A stretch of 64,000 bases of DNA from Nitrospirota bacterium (GCA_963788195.1 CAWBGA010000002.1:170543-234542); one strand, 5' to 3'. Numbered from the stretch's first letter, positions 23,237 through 33,966 are shown. Notes: generated by a model not told the origin, from the sequence alone. Program-made: numbers and translations.

Positions 23237-25090
23237 GTGGATAAAGGGTTGATCCCGGAAGATGTCATCCAGCGGATACGGGAGCGCGCCGACATCGTTG
23301 AAGTCGTCGGCTCTCACCTCTCCCTCAGCAAGGCCGGTCAGAACTACAAGGGACTCTGCCCGTTTCATTCGGAGAAAACCCCGTCCTTCACGGTCAGCCC
23401 CTCTCGGCAGATGTTCCACTGCTTCGGCTGCGGAGAAGGCGGGAATGTCTTTGGTTTCCTGATGAAGATCGACGGCGCCACTTTCCCGGCAGCCGTGCGG
23501 ACACTGGGTGAGAGATACGGCATCGAGGTGGATCCCCAGCCTGCCTCCCCGGCGGCCCGGCAGCGGACCGAAAGCCGGGAGCGCCTGTTGATCCTGAACC
23601 GGCAGGCGGCGGAGTTTTTTCATCGTGCTTTAGTCTCTGATCCGAACGGGCAGGCGGCAAGGTTGTATTTGGAGAAGCGCGGGATGACCCCCTCGACAAT
23701 TGAGCAATTTGGTCTTGGCTATGCGCCCGCGGGGTGGGATCTGACGCTGTCGGCGCTGACCAAGGCTGGAAGCAAGATCGAAGATCTTGCCTTGGCTGGG
23801 TTGGTCGTCCCTCGGGAACAGAATAGCCGTGCAGGCCAGACCGCGCCCGGCTACTATGACCGGTTCCGGGGACGCGTGATGTTTCCAATTCGCGACCTTC
23901 AGAAACGTGTCATTGGATTTGGTGGACGGATTCTCGACGATGGCCAGCCGAAATACCTGAACTCTCCTGAGACGCCATTGTTTAGCAAGAGCCGGACTCT
24001 GTACGCGCTCGACGTCGCCCGTGAGGGCATCAGCCAGTCCGAAGAGATGGTACTGGTCGAGGGATACTTTGATGCGATTGCCCTGCATCAGGCCGGTCTC
24101 ACAAATGTAGCGGCAACCCTCGGTACCGCGCTCACGTCCGAACATATCGAGTTGATCCGTCGCTTTACGCACCGCATCGTTCTCGTCTTCGACCCCGACA
24201 CAGCCGGAGTGCGAGCCGCGCTGCGGAGCATGGACTTGTTTCTTGATTCGGGTCTGACCGTCCGCGTGGTCAGTCTCCCTGCCGGAGAAGACCCCGACAC
24301 CTTCGTGAGAGGACAGGGGTTGGACTCTTTTAAGGCGTTGATTCAACGCGCGCCTTCGCTCCTTGGAGTTCACGGTCGAGGTAAGCCTCAAAACCGGGCG
24401 AGGGGGAAGCGTGGAGGAGCGGGTGCGGTGTGTTGAAGACGTGCTCGCGCTCCTGCAAAAGATCAGTAATCCCGTTGAGAAGGCCGCCTCGATTCGCCAT
24501 GTCGCGGACCAATTAGGCCTGGACGAGTCAGTACTGTTGAAACGGTACCGCACGATGGCCCCAGCGCGCCCATCTCAGGGTGCCAAGCCGTCGGCAGCCC
24601 CGGTAGCCACCCAGCCCAGGCTCCCTAAGGATGAGGAAGTCCTTCTCCAGTTGCTGTTGCATCAAAAATGTACGCCAGACATGCTGGCTCAACTGTCCGC
24701 CGGAAGATTTTACCGACCCCCGTGCCAGGCGATCTGATTTCGCGGGCCCATTCCGCCCTGGAACAGGGGCAAGTTGATTTCAGCATTCTTGGGCAGGAGG
24801 ATGCCGATCCGGCATCGGAAGCTCTGGCCCGGTCGCTGTCCCTGAGCGAATTCCCCTATGACGATGTGATCGAGGCATTTCAGCAGAGTTTTGCCGCCTT
24901 GAAACTCCGGCGTCTGGACAAGGAAATTCAGGAAACCAAGGCCGCCCAGGCCGCTGCCGAGCGAGCGGGAGAACCAGAGATAGACAGGACCCTTCTCATA
25001 CGGTCCAACGCGCTGCAACAGGAGCGGCAGCGACTGCTGAAAGGCGAGCGATCATCACAAACTGAAGCAGGGGGGAAGGTGCATGCCTGA
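23237..25090 (+). CDS. dnaG: DNA primase (2 frameshifts)
   Basis: [15 protein letters not shown] zinc finger, [26 protein letters not shown]. Confidence 0.96.
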
Positions 25091-26886
25091 AGAAGAACGC
25101 ACAGTCGAAGTCAACCGCCTCATCTCCCTGGGTAAAGAGAAGGGGTTTCTTACCTACCGCGATTTGAATAACGGCTTGCCGGCCGAGATGGCCACTACCG
25201 AGCGATTGAACAGCCTGATGACAATGTTCGGCGAGATGGATATCGAGGTGATCGATGCCCCTGAGGGGGAGCGATATTCCCCGATAATGTCCGAAGGCGG
25301 CGAGAGCGCGACAGAAGAGACTGAAGAACCGGAAGAGCCGGAGGAGGAAGACAAGAAGATCGATCTGACTCCAGGCGCGTTGAGCCGCACCGATGACCCT
25401 GTCCGGCTGTATTTAAAGGAGATGGGCAGTGTCTCGCTGCTCAGCCGCGAGGGCGAAATCGAGATCGCCAAGCGGATTGAAGACGGCAAGAAGGACATCT
25501 CCTTGTTGGTGTTCGGGATGCCGATGACCATCAAGGCGGTGTTCGCGATCGCCGACCGGCTCAAAGCCTCGAAGATTTCGATACGCGAAGTGGTCGCCAC
25601 CGCCGCCGAGGAAGAGTTTGTAGAGGTCGTCGAGCAAGACGAGGAGGAGTTGCGACACCGCACCTTGGAGGCCATTCGCAAGGTCAAAGCGCCCTCGAAT
25701 ACCTTGTTGGCACTGTACGTCAAATATAGACAGGTCAGCCTGAGCCTCGTCAAACGCAAGGAACTCAAAGCGAAGCTTCAGGAGGCGCGCCGCCAAGTCG
25801 TCGACAAAATGGACATGGTGAACCTGCATCCGGTTCTTCGCGAGCGCATGGTGCAGCGTGTTCGGGAGCTTGCGCAGGAAATCGGTGCCTGTGAGCGCGA
25901 GATCGCCTATTGCCGGCGCCGTCTGGGGGTCTCAGGAGAAGAGGGTAACCACCTGTTGGCGCGGATGCTCCGTGGCCGCAAGGATCTCCTCGCGGTCCGA
26001 CGGAAGACCGGCGTGGCGCTCGATACCCTTCAGGAGATCGAGAAAGCCTTCCAAAACGCCCGGCGCCGTATCAGGGCGGTCGAGGCCGAAGCGTTGGCTC
26101 CGGCCGATGAGCTTCGCGAAGGCGCCAAACTGCTGGACTCGGCGGAAGAGCGGGTCAAACGTGGAAAAGCAGAATTGGTCGAAGCCAATCTTCGCCTGGT
26201 GGTCAGTATCGCTAAGAAGTACACGAATCGCGGCCTTCAATTCCTGGATCTTATTCAGGAAGGCAATATCGGCTTGATGAAGGCCGTAGACAAGTTTGAA
26301 TACAAGCGCGGCTATAAGTTCAGCACCTATGCCACCTGGTGGATCCGCCAGGCCATCACGCGCGCCATTGCCGACCAGGCGCGCACCATCCGCATCCCTG
26401 TTCACATGATTGAAACGATCAACAAACTCATCCGCACCTCCCGCCATCTTGTGCAGAAGCTCGGCCGCGAGCCGCTGCCGGAGGAAATTGCGGAAAAGAT
26501 GGATCTGCCGCTGGACAAGGTGCAGAAAGATCTTGAAGATCGCCAAGGAGCCGATTTCGCTGGAAACTCCTATCGGTGAGGAGGAAGACAGTCATCTGGG
26601 TGACTTTATCGAAGATAAAAAAGCCGTGTCGCCCCTTGAGGCCGCCATCCGGTACGATCTGCAGCGGCAGATTAATAACGCGCTGAAGACGCTCACGCCT
26701 CGTGAGGAGCGGGTGTTGCGTAAGCGATTCGGCATCGGCGAGAACACCGACCATACGCTTGAAGAGGTCGGGCAGGACTTCGCGGTCACCCGAGAACGCA
26801 TCCGGCAGATCGAAGCGAAGGCGCTCCGGAAACTCCGTCATCCGAGCCGTAGTAAAAAACTGAAAAGCTTCGTGGAGAGCTTATAA
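25083..26886 (+). CDS. rpoD: RNA polymerase sigma-70 primary factor (frameshift ~26530)
   Basis: [48 protein letters not shown]. Confidence 0.97.
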
Positions 26887-26903
26887 TGCCACCGGAATTC
26901 GAG

Positions 26904-26980
26904 GGGCCCATAGCTCAGTTGGTCAGAGCGGCGGACTCATAATCCGTTGGTCCCAGGTTCGAGGCCTGGTGGGCCCACCA
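26904..26980 (+). tRNA. tRNA with CAT anticodon, probably tRNA-Ile2 (lysidine)
   Basis: Cloverleaf GGGCCCA...TGGGCCC-ACCA, GGTTCGA T-arm, CTCATAA loop; position after rpoD as for E. coli ileX. Confidence 0.9.
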
Positions 26981-27072
26981 ATCTGAAGGGATTTTTGAAG
27001 GGATTGTGGTAAGATCGATACGACGATCGTAAGAAGAGGCGTTCTCGGCGTGAGTCATTCGATGGGCGCACA

Positions 27073-27861
27073 GTGAAAGGAAATCTCCAGCAACTTATCG
27101 AGCTCCAAGAAGCCGATCTTAGGATTGAAGAATTAGCGCTCCGAAAGCGCCGCCTGCCTGAGCTGATCGAAGCAGCCCGTCAACCCCTCCAAGCCGCCCA
27201 GACCGAGCATGACGGGCTCAAAAAGACGTACGATGTGGCCGTGCATGACAGGAAGTCCCGTGAACAGGATCTGGCTGTGCAGGAGCAAGCCATCAGCAAA
27301 CTGAATGATCGCGCGGCCAAGGGCGAGATCAAGACCAACAAGGAATACCAGGCTCACCGCTTTGAGGTCGAATTGGCGAAGAAAAAGAAAGGCGAGATCG
27401 AGGACGAGCTTCTCCTCCTGATGGACATGGTCGACACGAAGAAAAAGGAATTGAGCCGCGTGGAGGAAGCGCTCAAGACCTCAGAGCAGCGATTCAAAAC
27501 CGAGAAGGCGGATCTTGAGGGGTCGGTCGGCGCGCTCGAGGAGGAACTGGCGGAGATCACAAGCAGGCGCAAAGAGATCGCCGCGTCTGTGGAGCCTTCG
27601 CTCCTGCGGACGTATGACAAACTTCGCGTGACGCGGAAAGGCCGGGCGCTGGCAGGGGTGAGCAAAGAGGGCAGCTGCATGGCCTGCCGGCTGCACGTAG
27701 AACCCCAGATCGTTTCCGACGTCAAACGCGCACTCACGATTAACACCTGCTCGTACTGCCAGCGAATCCTATACTGGATTGGTGAGCCGGCTCCGGCCGC
27801 CGCTGAGCCTGCCGGGGCGTCGGCGGTGCTCGGAATTCAACAGGCCGCTGAGAAGAATTAA
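27073..27861 (+). CDS. Coiled-coil protein with C4 zinc ribbon (zf-RING_7/DUF164 family)
   Basis: Long coiled coil, KTNKEYQA, CMAC...CSYCQRILY. Confidence 0.88.
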   Translation: MKGNLQQLIELQEADLRIEELALRKRRLPELIEAARQPLQAAQTEHDGLKKTYDVAVHDRKSREQDLAVQEQAISKLNDRAAKGEIKTNKEYQAHRFEVELAKKKKGEIEDELLLLMDMVDTKKKELSRVEEALKTSEQRFKTEKADLEGSVGALEEELAEITSRRKEIAASVEPSLLRTYDKLRVTRKGRALAGVSKEGSCMACRLHVEPQIVSDVKRALTINTCSYCQRILYWIGEPAPAAAEPAGASAVLGIQQAAEKN

Positions 27862-27872
27862 ATCGTACCCCG

Positions 27873-28571
27873 TTAAGCACCTCCCAAAATCTGTTGCGTC
27901 GTCTTAAAGTGCAATTTCGCGACCTTTGCCAACCCTTCATGGCCGTACTTGCGCACGACTGACCGTGCAGCTGTTTTGACAGCCTCGGAGGCGCCCTTCG
28001 GCAGCGGCACACCGATTTCGGTGGCAAGGCGGCCGAGCCGACGGACGAATTCGTCTCGTGCGACGATAGAAGCCGCGGCGACCGCAATATCTTCCTCGCC
28101 CCTGTGGCGTTGTTCCAGGATGATCTGCTTGCCCTTTGCTTGCAGTGCGTTCACGATCAGCCGCTCATCACCGAATTGATCTGAAATCGCCCGTTGGCAG
28201 GGAACCTGCTCAAGCAGGGTTTCAAGGGCTTTGGCATGGCCCCACGCAAGAAGCTTATTGAGATTACGGATCTCCGTATAGAGCTGGTTATAGCGCTCCG
28301 GGCCGATCGCGACGATGGTATGCCGGCACAGGGTTTTGATATCAACCGCCAGGGTTTTGATGACACTGTCGGCGATCTTCTTACTGTCGCGGACATTGAG
28401 GGCGAGAAGATCTTCAGCGATGCGCGGGGTGACGTGGACCGCCGCGATCACCAATGGCCCGAAGTAATCGCCTTTGCCGGATTCGTCTATGCCGATCCAC
28501 CCGATCGCAGCCGGCGGCTTGCCGGCGCCTGCGCTCGGTCTCTCTTCTGTCATGGGTGGGGACGGTACCAC
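27873..28571 (-). CDS. rnhC: Ribonuclease HIII (short; start uncertain)
   Basis: IGIDESGKGDYFGPL, RDSK, ISDQF, VAAASIVAR, AKLHFKT. Confidence 0.9.
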   Translation of the reverse strand: MVPSPPMTEERPSAGAGKPPAAIGWIGIDESGKGDYFGPLVIAAVHVTPRIAEDLLALNVRDSKKIADSVIKTLAVDIKTLCRHTIVAIGPERYNQLYTEIRNLNKLLAWGHAKALETLLEQVPCQRAISDQFGDERLIVNALQAKGKQIILEQRHRGEEDIAVAAASIVARDEFVRRLGRLATEIGVPLPKGASEAVKTAARSVVRKYGHEGLAKVAKLHFKTTQQILGGA

Positions 28572-28601
28572 AGAACTGGAAGAGATAAGAACTCTCTTTG
28601 A

Positions 28602-28729
28602 GCGGGTCCTGCCGCCGGTTATCCCCCCCGGCTTCGGCTGCGAAGACTGGCCTCTAGTGCATGAGGACAGGACGCTCTTGGCCGTCCGGGGTGGGCGGGT
28701 GCAAAAAGCCCCCTACCGGCGTCACCCGC
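28602..28729 (+). repeat. Composite ~130-165 bp element containing a family-B repeat; second copy at 34142-34306 (-)
   Basis: Shared GCGGGTCCTG..CCGCCGGTT..CCGGCTTC..GCTGCGAAGACTGGCCTCTAG..TCTTGG..GGGGTGGGCGGGTGCAAAA..CCGGCG.CACCCGC. Confidence 0.8.
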
Positions 28730-28782
28730 AGGAGAGGAGTAAGGATTCCGTCTGTGATTCTGATATAATAAGTGTGCGCGTG

Positions 28783-29180
28783 GGAGCCGGGCGGGTGGTC
28801 GCTGGTCTCGCAAGAGCCAGAGGAAAGTCCGGACTCCTAGAGCAGGGTGCTGGGTAACGCCCAGGCGGAGCAATCCGACACCGGCGCAACAGAAAGCACA
28901 CCGCCGATGGCCCGAAAGGGATCAGGCAAGGTTGAAAAGGCGGGGTAAGAGCCCACCGCGGTCGTGGCGACACGACTGGCCGGCAAGCGTCACCCGGAGC
29001 AAGGCCAAATAGGAGGGCGTGAGAAGCGGGACACCGGTGCCGCTTCTCAACGGCCGGCTCGGCCGTGGCCCTCGGGTAGGCCGCTTGAGGCCCGGAGCAA
29101 TCCGGGTCCTTAGAGAAATGACCACCGCGATCTTTCCGCAAGGGAAGGTCTGCACAGAATCCGGCTTATAGCCCGGCTCC
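28783..29180 (+). ncRNA. rnpB: RNase P RNA (type A)
   Basis: GAGGAAAGTCCGGACTCC near the 5' end, ACAGAATCCGGCTTA near the 3' end, terminal helix GGAGCCGGGC/GCCCGGCTCC. Confidence 0.96.
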
Positions 29181-29189
29181 TACGCGCAC

Positions 29190-29372
29190 TTAACCCGGAT
29201 CATCCACGAATACCTACTGCGTCGGCCGATCCTCTCGGCCGGCGCGGCTCTTCTCCTTTGTTCTCCTCGACGTACCGCGGTGGGTACGCCTGCGTCATCC
29301 TCAGTCCGAGGAGTCGCGGCGGTCTTCGGTCTCGACCGCCTCGCTACGGCATTCCTGGATAATCCGGGTTAA
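29190..29372. mobile_element. MITE-like element with ~22-bp terminal inverted repeats
   Basis: TTAACCCGGATCATCCACGAAT ... ATTCCTGGATAATCCGGGTTAA; internal palindrome GACGTACC..GGTACGCC. Confidence 0.7.
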
Positions 29373-29631
29373 GCGCGCGTACGCACTTAACACCGGACCA
29401 TCCACGATCTGACGACCGCTCCTGAGATTGCCGCCGCCACTTATATAAGTCGGCTAATACTATAGCTAGGTGATTACACTCTTGGGTCATTTACTGCCGG
29501 CCGCTTTGAGGCTTACAAACATTCTTACTGGCGGCCTCCGGCTGAAGACGACTCCCCGGAGAATTCACCGCTACCGGACGGGCTGGCCTTCCCTCCTTGG
29601 CTGGCCGTCCGCTCATTGGACTGATTGCACA

Positions 29632-29811
29632 ATGACACATCGCAGTTGCACTATTGAAGAAACAAGCAATGGCTATGTGGTCCGGCTGTACGAGACAGAG
29701 GCAGGAAGTATGCCGAGCGGGGATGCCGAGGGGTTGTTCATAGAGCGCACCTTAGTAAACGTACAAATGCGTATTGACAGCTACTTCTTGTTCGCGCAGT
29801 CTACGGAATGA
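29632..29811 (+). CDS. Small hypothetical protein
   Basis: ATG-started, protein-like C-terminal half of the 29470 ORF; no recognisable family. Confidence 0.35.
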   Translation: MTHRSCTIEETSNGYVVRLYETEAGSMPSGDAEGLFIERTLVNVQMRIDSYFLFAQSTE

Positions 29812-30126
29812 ACGGGTCGGACAATCAAACGAGTGTGAACAGATAGGCGACTACGAGGCGTGTCAGACGCTGACCAAGATGTGAAGATGTAGAACCTATA
29901 TGGAAGGAGGACCCGGTGCGGAGCGTCTGGCCCTCTGGCGGGAGTCCGCCCCGTAGGCGCAGATCAGCCCGGAGGAATACACCCAGGAGCGCGTGCGCGG
30001 ACTGTTCCGGGAGGCACGTGCCAAATGCGAATCAGCACGAGTGCGACGTCGCCGGCGATGACGACTCAGTCCAGTCCGTCTTCTAATTCGCCTTATTCGC
30101 CTTCTAATGTCTGGGAGGTTAACTAA

Positions 30127-30777
30127 ATGAAACCTAACTGGTGGCGAGAAGTCTTCTTGATAACTGGATGCTTTGCATTCGGCTGTCTGATTGTTGGTAT
30201 GATCGAGCTGTCCAAGAACTTTGACTTTGAAATCAAGAAAGTGACACAAGAAAAAGTCCAAGCAGTAGAAAAAGTCCCAGCAGTAGAGAAAGTCCCAGCA
30301 GAAGACAAAGTCCCAGCAGAAGACAAAGTCCCAGCAGAAGACAAAGTTCCAGCAGTAGAGAAAGTCCCAGCAGTAGAGAAAGTTCCAGCAGTAGAGAAAG
30401 TCCCAGCAGTAGAGAAAGTCCCAGCAGTAGAGAAAGTCCCAGCAGTAGAGAAAGTCCCAGCAGAAGACAAAGTCCCAGCAGAAGAAAAAGTGGCAGTAAA
30501 AGATAAAGTAATAGAGGTAGAGGTAATTTCATTGGCGGAACCACCTGAGCGTGTAACCGACGAGATCAAAATCACTGAGAAAAGTCCACCACCTCGTGCC
30601 AAGTCTAATCTTGTGATCAAACCAACTCGGAAAGACTTGCAGTTAGACTTGCATTTATCTGACTGCCAAACTGGACAAATCCTCGTATACACTGAGGAGA
30701 AAGGTGTTCACTGCATAAGGGATATTGTGTTACCAGATTTGATTGTAGGAATTGATGAAGACGTTAACTCTAAGTAA
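30127..30777 (+). CDS. Membrane-anchored protein with hexapeptide (V/E)(E/D)KVPA repeats
   Basis: GGAGG RBS, N-terminal TM helix, 14 hexapeptide units, lower GC than flanks. Confidence 0.75.
   Translation: MKPNWWREVFLITGCFAFGCLIVGMIELSKNFDFEIKKVTQEKVQAVEKVPAVEKVPAEDKVPAEDKVPAEDKVPAVEKVPAVEKVPAVEKVPAVEKVPAVEKVPAVEKVPAEDKVPAEEKVAVKDKVIEVEVISLAEPPERVTDEIKITEKSPPPRAKSNLVIKPTRKDLQLDLHLSDCQTGQILVYTEEKGVHCIRDIVLPDLIVGIDEDVNSK
30247..30498 (+). repeat. 18-bp coding tandem repeat, ~14 units
   Basis: GTAGAGAAAGTCCCAGCA / GAAGACAAAGTCCCAGCA units. Confidence 0.95.
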
Positions 30778-30804
30778 CCTAAGAGGAGGTGTTTTCTGAT
30801 TCTA

Positions 30805-30910
30805 GGGCTCCTTCCATGATCATCAGCAACTCGTCCGTTGAGTGCACGTAATCTTCCCAGACCTGGCCGGGTGGACCCACTCACAAGCCGCAGCTAAAGC
30901 CGCGCGCTTT
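30805..30910 (-). pseudogene. Diverged fragment of the cupin gene at 31685-31975
   Basis: CAACTCGTC..GAGTGCACGTA.TCTTCCCAGACCTG.CCGGGTGGA..CACAAGCCGCAGCTAAAGC matches 31817-31924. Confidence 0.75.
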
Positions 30911-31032
30911 GCACTCGTTCGGGACTGCTCATAATACGATATCCCCCTCACCCTTCCCTCTCTGTTCGACCCATTGCAATTGGAGAGCAATGGGTGCCCC
31001 GGGGCGAGGGGATGCCCACCCACAGGCGTTCG

Positions 31033-31626
31033 CTAGAAGCGAAAACCGAGGCCTACCGTTAGTGCATCAATTCCAGGGTTGGTTGTTTTATCACTAAGCC
31101 AATTGAGACCGATCTGTTCGCCATTCGAGTTGTGGGTGTACTGGAGTGAGCCATACCATCTTTTCTTCGTCTCACTAAAAAAGAATCTAAGACTGATCCC
31201 CAGATCATATGTACCTTGAGATTGTCCCGGATAAGCTTCCCCATCGGCTCCGAGGCGTTTTCCCGAATAGGCTAGCCCTGCGTTGACGAGCGCTTCCCAT
31301 CTAGAAAAGGAGACGCCGAGCACTATGCCGCCTGCGCCTTGGAAGACGTCTTCCACACCTGCCAATTTGATATAGGGACCGAATTCAAGTGACTCAAAGT
31401 ACGGGATAGGGAACAGCAGGTCTGTAAACAGTTGCCCCGTTGGATGAGTCTTGTAGGAAGACGTTTCATTGAAACAAGTAAAACACACAGTCTCTGCGCC
31501 GATGCGAAGTTCAACATCAGCATTTGCGGCAAGGGAATGGAAAGGATAGAGCAATAACGTCCCTATAAGCACTACTAGAATGAAATTGAAACATCGCTCC
31601 CTTGACAGGGGGACGAGTAGGTTCAT
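31033..31626 (-). CDS. Outer-membrane beta-barrel, PagL/lipid A 3-O-deacylase-like
   Basis: Signal peptide, YTHNSNG...NPGIDAL motif, C-terminal GLGFRF. Confidence 0.6.
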   Translation of the reverse strand: MNLLVPLSRERCFNFILVVLIGTLLLYPFHSLAANADVELRIGAETVCFTCFNETSSYKTHPTGQLFTDLLFPIPYFESLEFGPYIKLAGVEDVFQGAGGIVLGVSFSRWEALVNAGLAYSGKRLGADGEAYPGQSQGTYDLGISLRFFFSETKKRWYGSLQYTHNSNGEQIGLNWLSDKTTNPGIDALTVGLGFRF

Positions 31627-31684
31627 CTCGCGTGCGCGCTGTGGAAGGGGACGGGCTCCATTTCCGAAGGGTGCCTGTCCCAAT

Positions 31685-31975
31685 CTACGATTTATAGCCG
31701 TAGAGCCATCGTGCGGTCGTCCCGCCGATGTTGCGGACGGTATGCGAGGTATGGGCAGGAATCAAGAGTTCTTCGCCGATGCCGGGGTGCAGGATTTTGC
31801 CCTGCATCTCGAGTTCCAAGGCTCCCTCCATCAGCATGAGCAACTCGTCGGTAGAGTGCACGTAGTCTTCCCAGACCTGTCCGGGTGGATCCACCCACAA
31901 GCCGCAGCTAAAGCTGCGCGCTTCCCACTCTTCCGCGATTTTCGTACGATCGAGTTTCCCCACGCTGCTACTCAT
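31685..31975 (-). CDS. Cupin domain protein
   Basis: W.DYVHSTDEL, GEELLIPAHTSHTVRN. Confidence 0.85.
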   Translation of the reverse strand: MSSSVGKLDRTKIAEEWEARSFSCGLWVDPPGQVWEDYVHSTDELLMLMEGALELEMQGKILHPGIGEELLIPAHTSHTVRNIGGTTARWLYGYKS

Positions 31976-32308
31976 GGAGAACTTTTACATCTTCTGGGGG
32001 ACAAAAGGAAAGGGGCCAGAACAAAAAAACGATGGTCAGGCCCCTTTTTAGCGCAGGATCCAGACGAGATAGCCGAGATATCCAATAAGACCGGAGAAGA
32101 AAAATTTGCTCATGATGCGTCTCCTTCTCAGCACTTATCGGATTAGACAGTCCAAAACTGAAAAAGATAAATTCCTCTGACAAAAATGATCAGAGGGAGA
32201 AACGAGCACCTTTTAAGGCTGGGGACAGTGGCTCGCAGCGGGGGTCCTACACCGGGCCCGGGGTGGCGAGCATGGCTGGGCACTTCGGTGACAGGCCCCG
32301 CAAGGCAC

Positions 32309-33966
32309 TCACAGATTGTCCAGATACTGATGGACGAACGCCACTGCCATGGCGCCTTCGCCGACAGCGGAAGCTACGCGCTTCATCGAAGTGGAACGCA
32401 CATCACCGGCGGCGAAGACTCCAGAGTGGCTGGTTTCCAGAAAATGGGGATGGCGCTTCGCGGTCCAGAACGGTGAATCCATCACGGCAGAGCCGGTCTT
32501 GATGAAGCCCTTTTCGTCGGTTTCGATTCCTTCAGGCAGCCAGTCAGTGTGTGGTACGGCACCAATGAGGGTGAAGACCGCAGGCGTCTCGATCATGCGG
32601 GTTTCCGCCGTGCGGTTGTTCTTGATTTGGATGGCCTCGAGGTGTCCATTACCCGTCATCCTGCTGATCTCGGTGTTGGTCAAGACCTCGATGTTTTTCG
32701 TCTGCTCGATGCGGCGCGAGAGATACCGTGACATGTTCTTCCCCAAATCGTCGCCGCGTATCAGTAGAATTACTTTCCTTGCGTGCTCAGCCAGGAATAC
32801 GGTCGCCTGGCCGGCAGCATTAGCGCCGCCCACGACGACAACCAGGGAGCCCTCGCACATCTGCGCTTCCATTGGTGTCGCGTCGTAATAGACGCCTACC
32901 CCCTCGAATTGTTCGAGCCCCTCGACTTCCAATCGGCAATACGAGGCGCCGGATGCAATCAGAAGGCATTTGGCGGAGACACGCTTCTCGTTATCGAGAT
33001 GGAGGACCGGGTAACCATTCTCGAATTCCAGTTTGCACACCTCGCACGGTGTAGAGATCTGCGCGCCGAATTTCTGCGCCTGCAATACCATCTGACCGGC
33101 CAAGGTGCTGCCGGATAGGCCCATGGGAAAGCCGGGATAGTTCTCAATATTCGAGCTCGTGCCGGCTTGCCCGCCGGGCGCCTTCCGTTCCAGCACCACG
33201 GTACTCAGCCCTTCGGAGGCGCCGTACACGGCCGCGGCCAATCCCGAGGGTCCGGCCCCCACGATTGCAAGGTCATACGCGTCCTCTTTGAGCGTTTTCA
33301 GAATGCCCAACTTTTCAGCAAGTTCCCGGTTTGTAGGATTGCGCAGTGTCCACTCATTTCCAAACGCCACGACCGGGGTATCACCCTCACTGATTTTGAG
33401 CCGTTTGAGCAACTCCTCCATGTGTCGGTTCGTTCTCGATATCGGTCCACGAGAAGAAGACTCTGTTCTTGGCGAAGAAGTCACGAATGCGAAAGGTGTC
33501 GGCCGAAAAGCGCGAGCCGATCACCTGGAGCGGCGAAAGGTTCAAATCGCGCACGATCTGTGTGCGTGCGATCAAAGCCGCCAGAATGATGTTTCCCAAC
33601 TTTGGCTCTTCATCGATCATGCGCCTGAGGGTTTCCGATGAGATCTCGAAAACCTCCACATCGCCTTTCGCGATTTTGCTGAGGGTCGAGGCCCTCCCCG
33701 AGAGCAAATGGACTTCTCCCATAAGCTCTCTCGGCAGTCGCAATCGCTCAGAAGTTGTCGCTCCCCACTGGCAAAGTAGAGCGATTTCCACATTCCCCCG
33801 ACCGGATGATGTGGCAATTTTGATCTCGTGCCCCCACCGCGACCAGCGTCTCGCCGTCTTTGTATGTTTTCAACGGGACGAATCGCTCCAGGATGCGGAG
33901 CTGGTCATCATCGAATTTCAGCTGGCTGATGGGGAACCGCGCTCGTATTTCCTGTTCGGTCAACAT
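32309..33966 (-). CDS. cNMP-binding domain plus thioredoxin-reductase-like FAD/NAD(P) oxidoreductase (2 frameshifts)
   Basis: GAGPSGLAAAVYGASEG, ENYPGFP, VVGGANAAGQA, FAAGDVR..KRVASAVGEG; N-terminal CAP-like segment. Confidence 0.85.

Noticed and set aside
26904-26980. tRNA as integration site of an island
   Set aside because: No integrase and no duplicated tRNA 3' end seen in the window; the flanking genes are housekeeping.
30123-30692. Antisense ORFs with AGTFST or LLLGLS repeats
   Set aside because: Shadows of the stop-free 18-bp repeat; the plus-strand ORF has the RBS and TM anchor.
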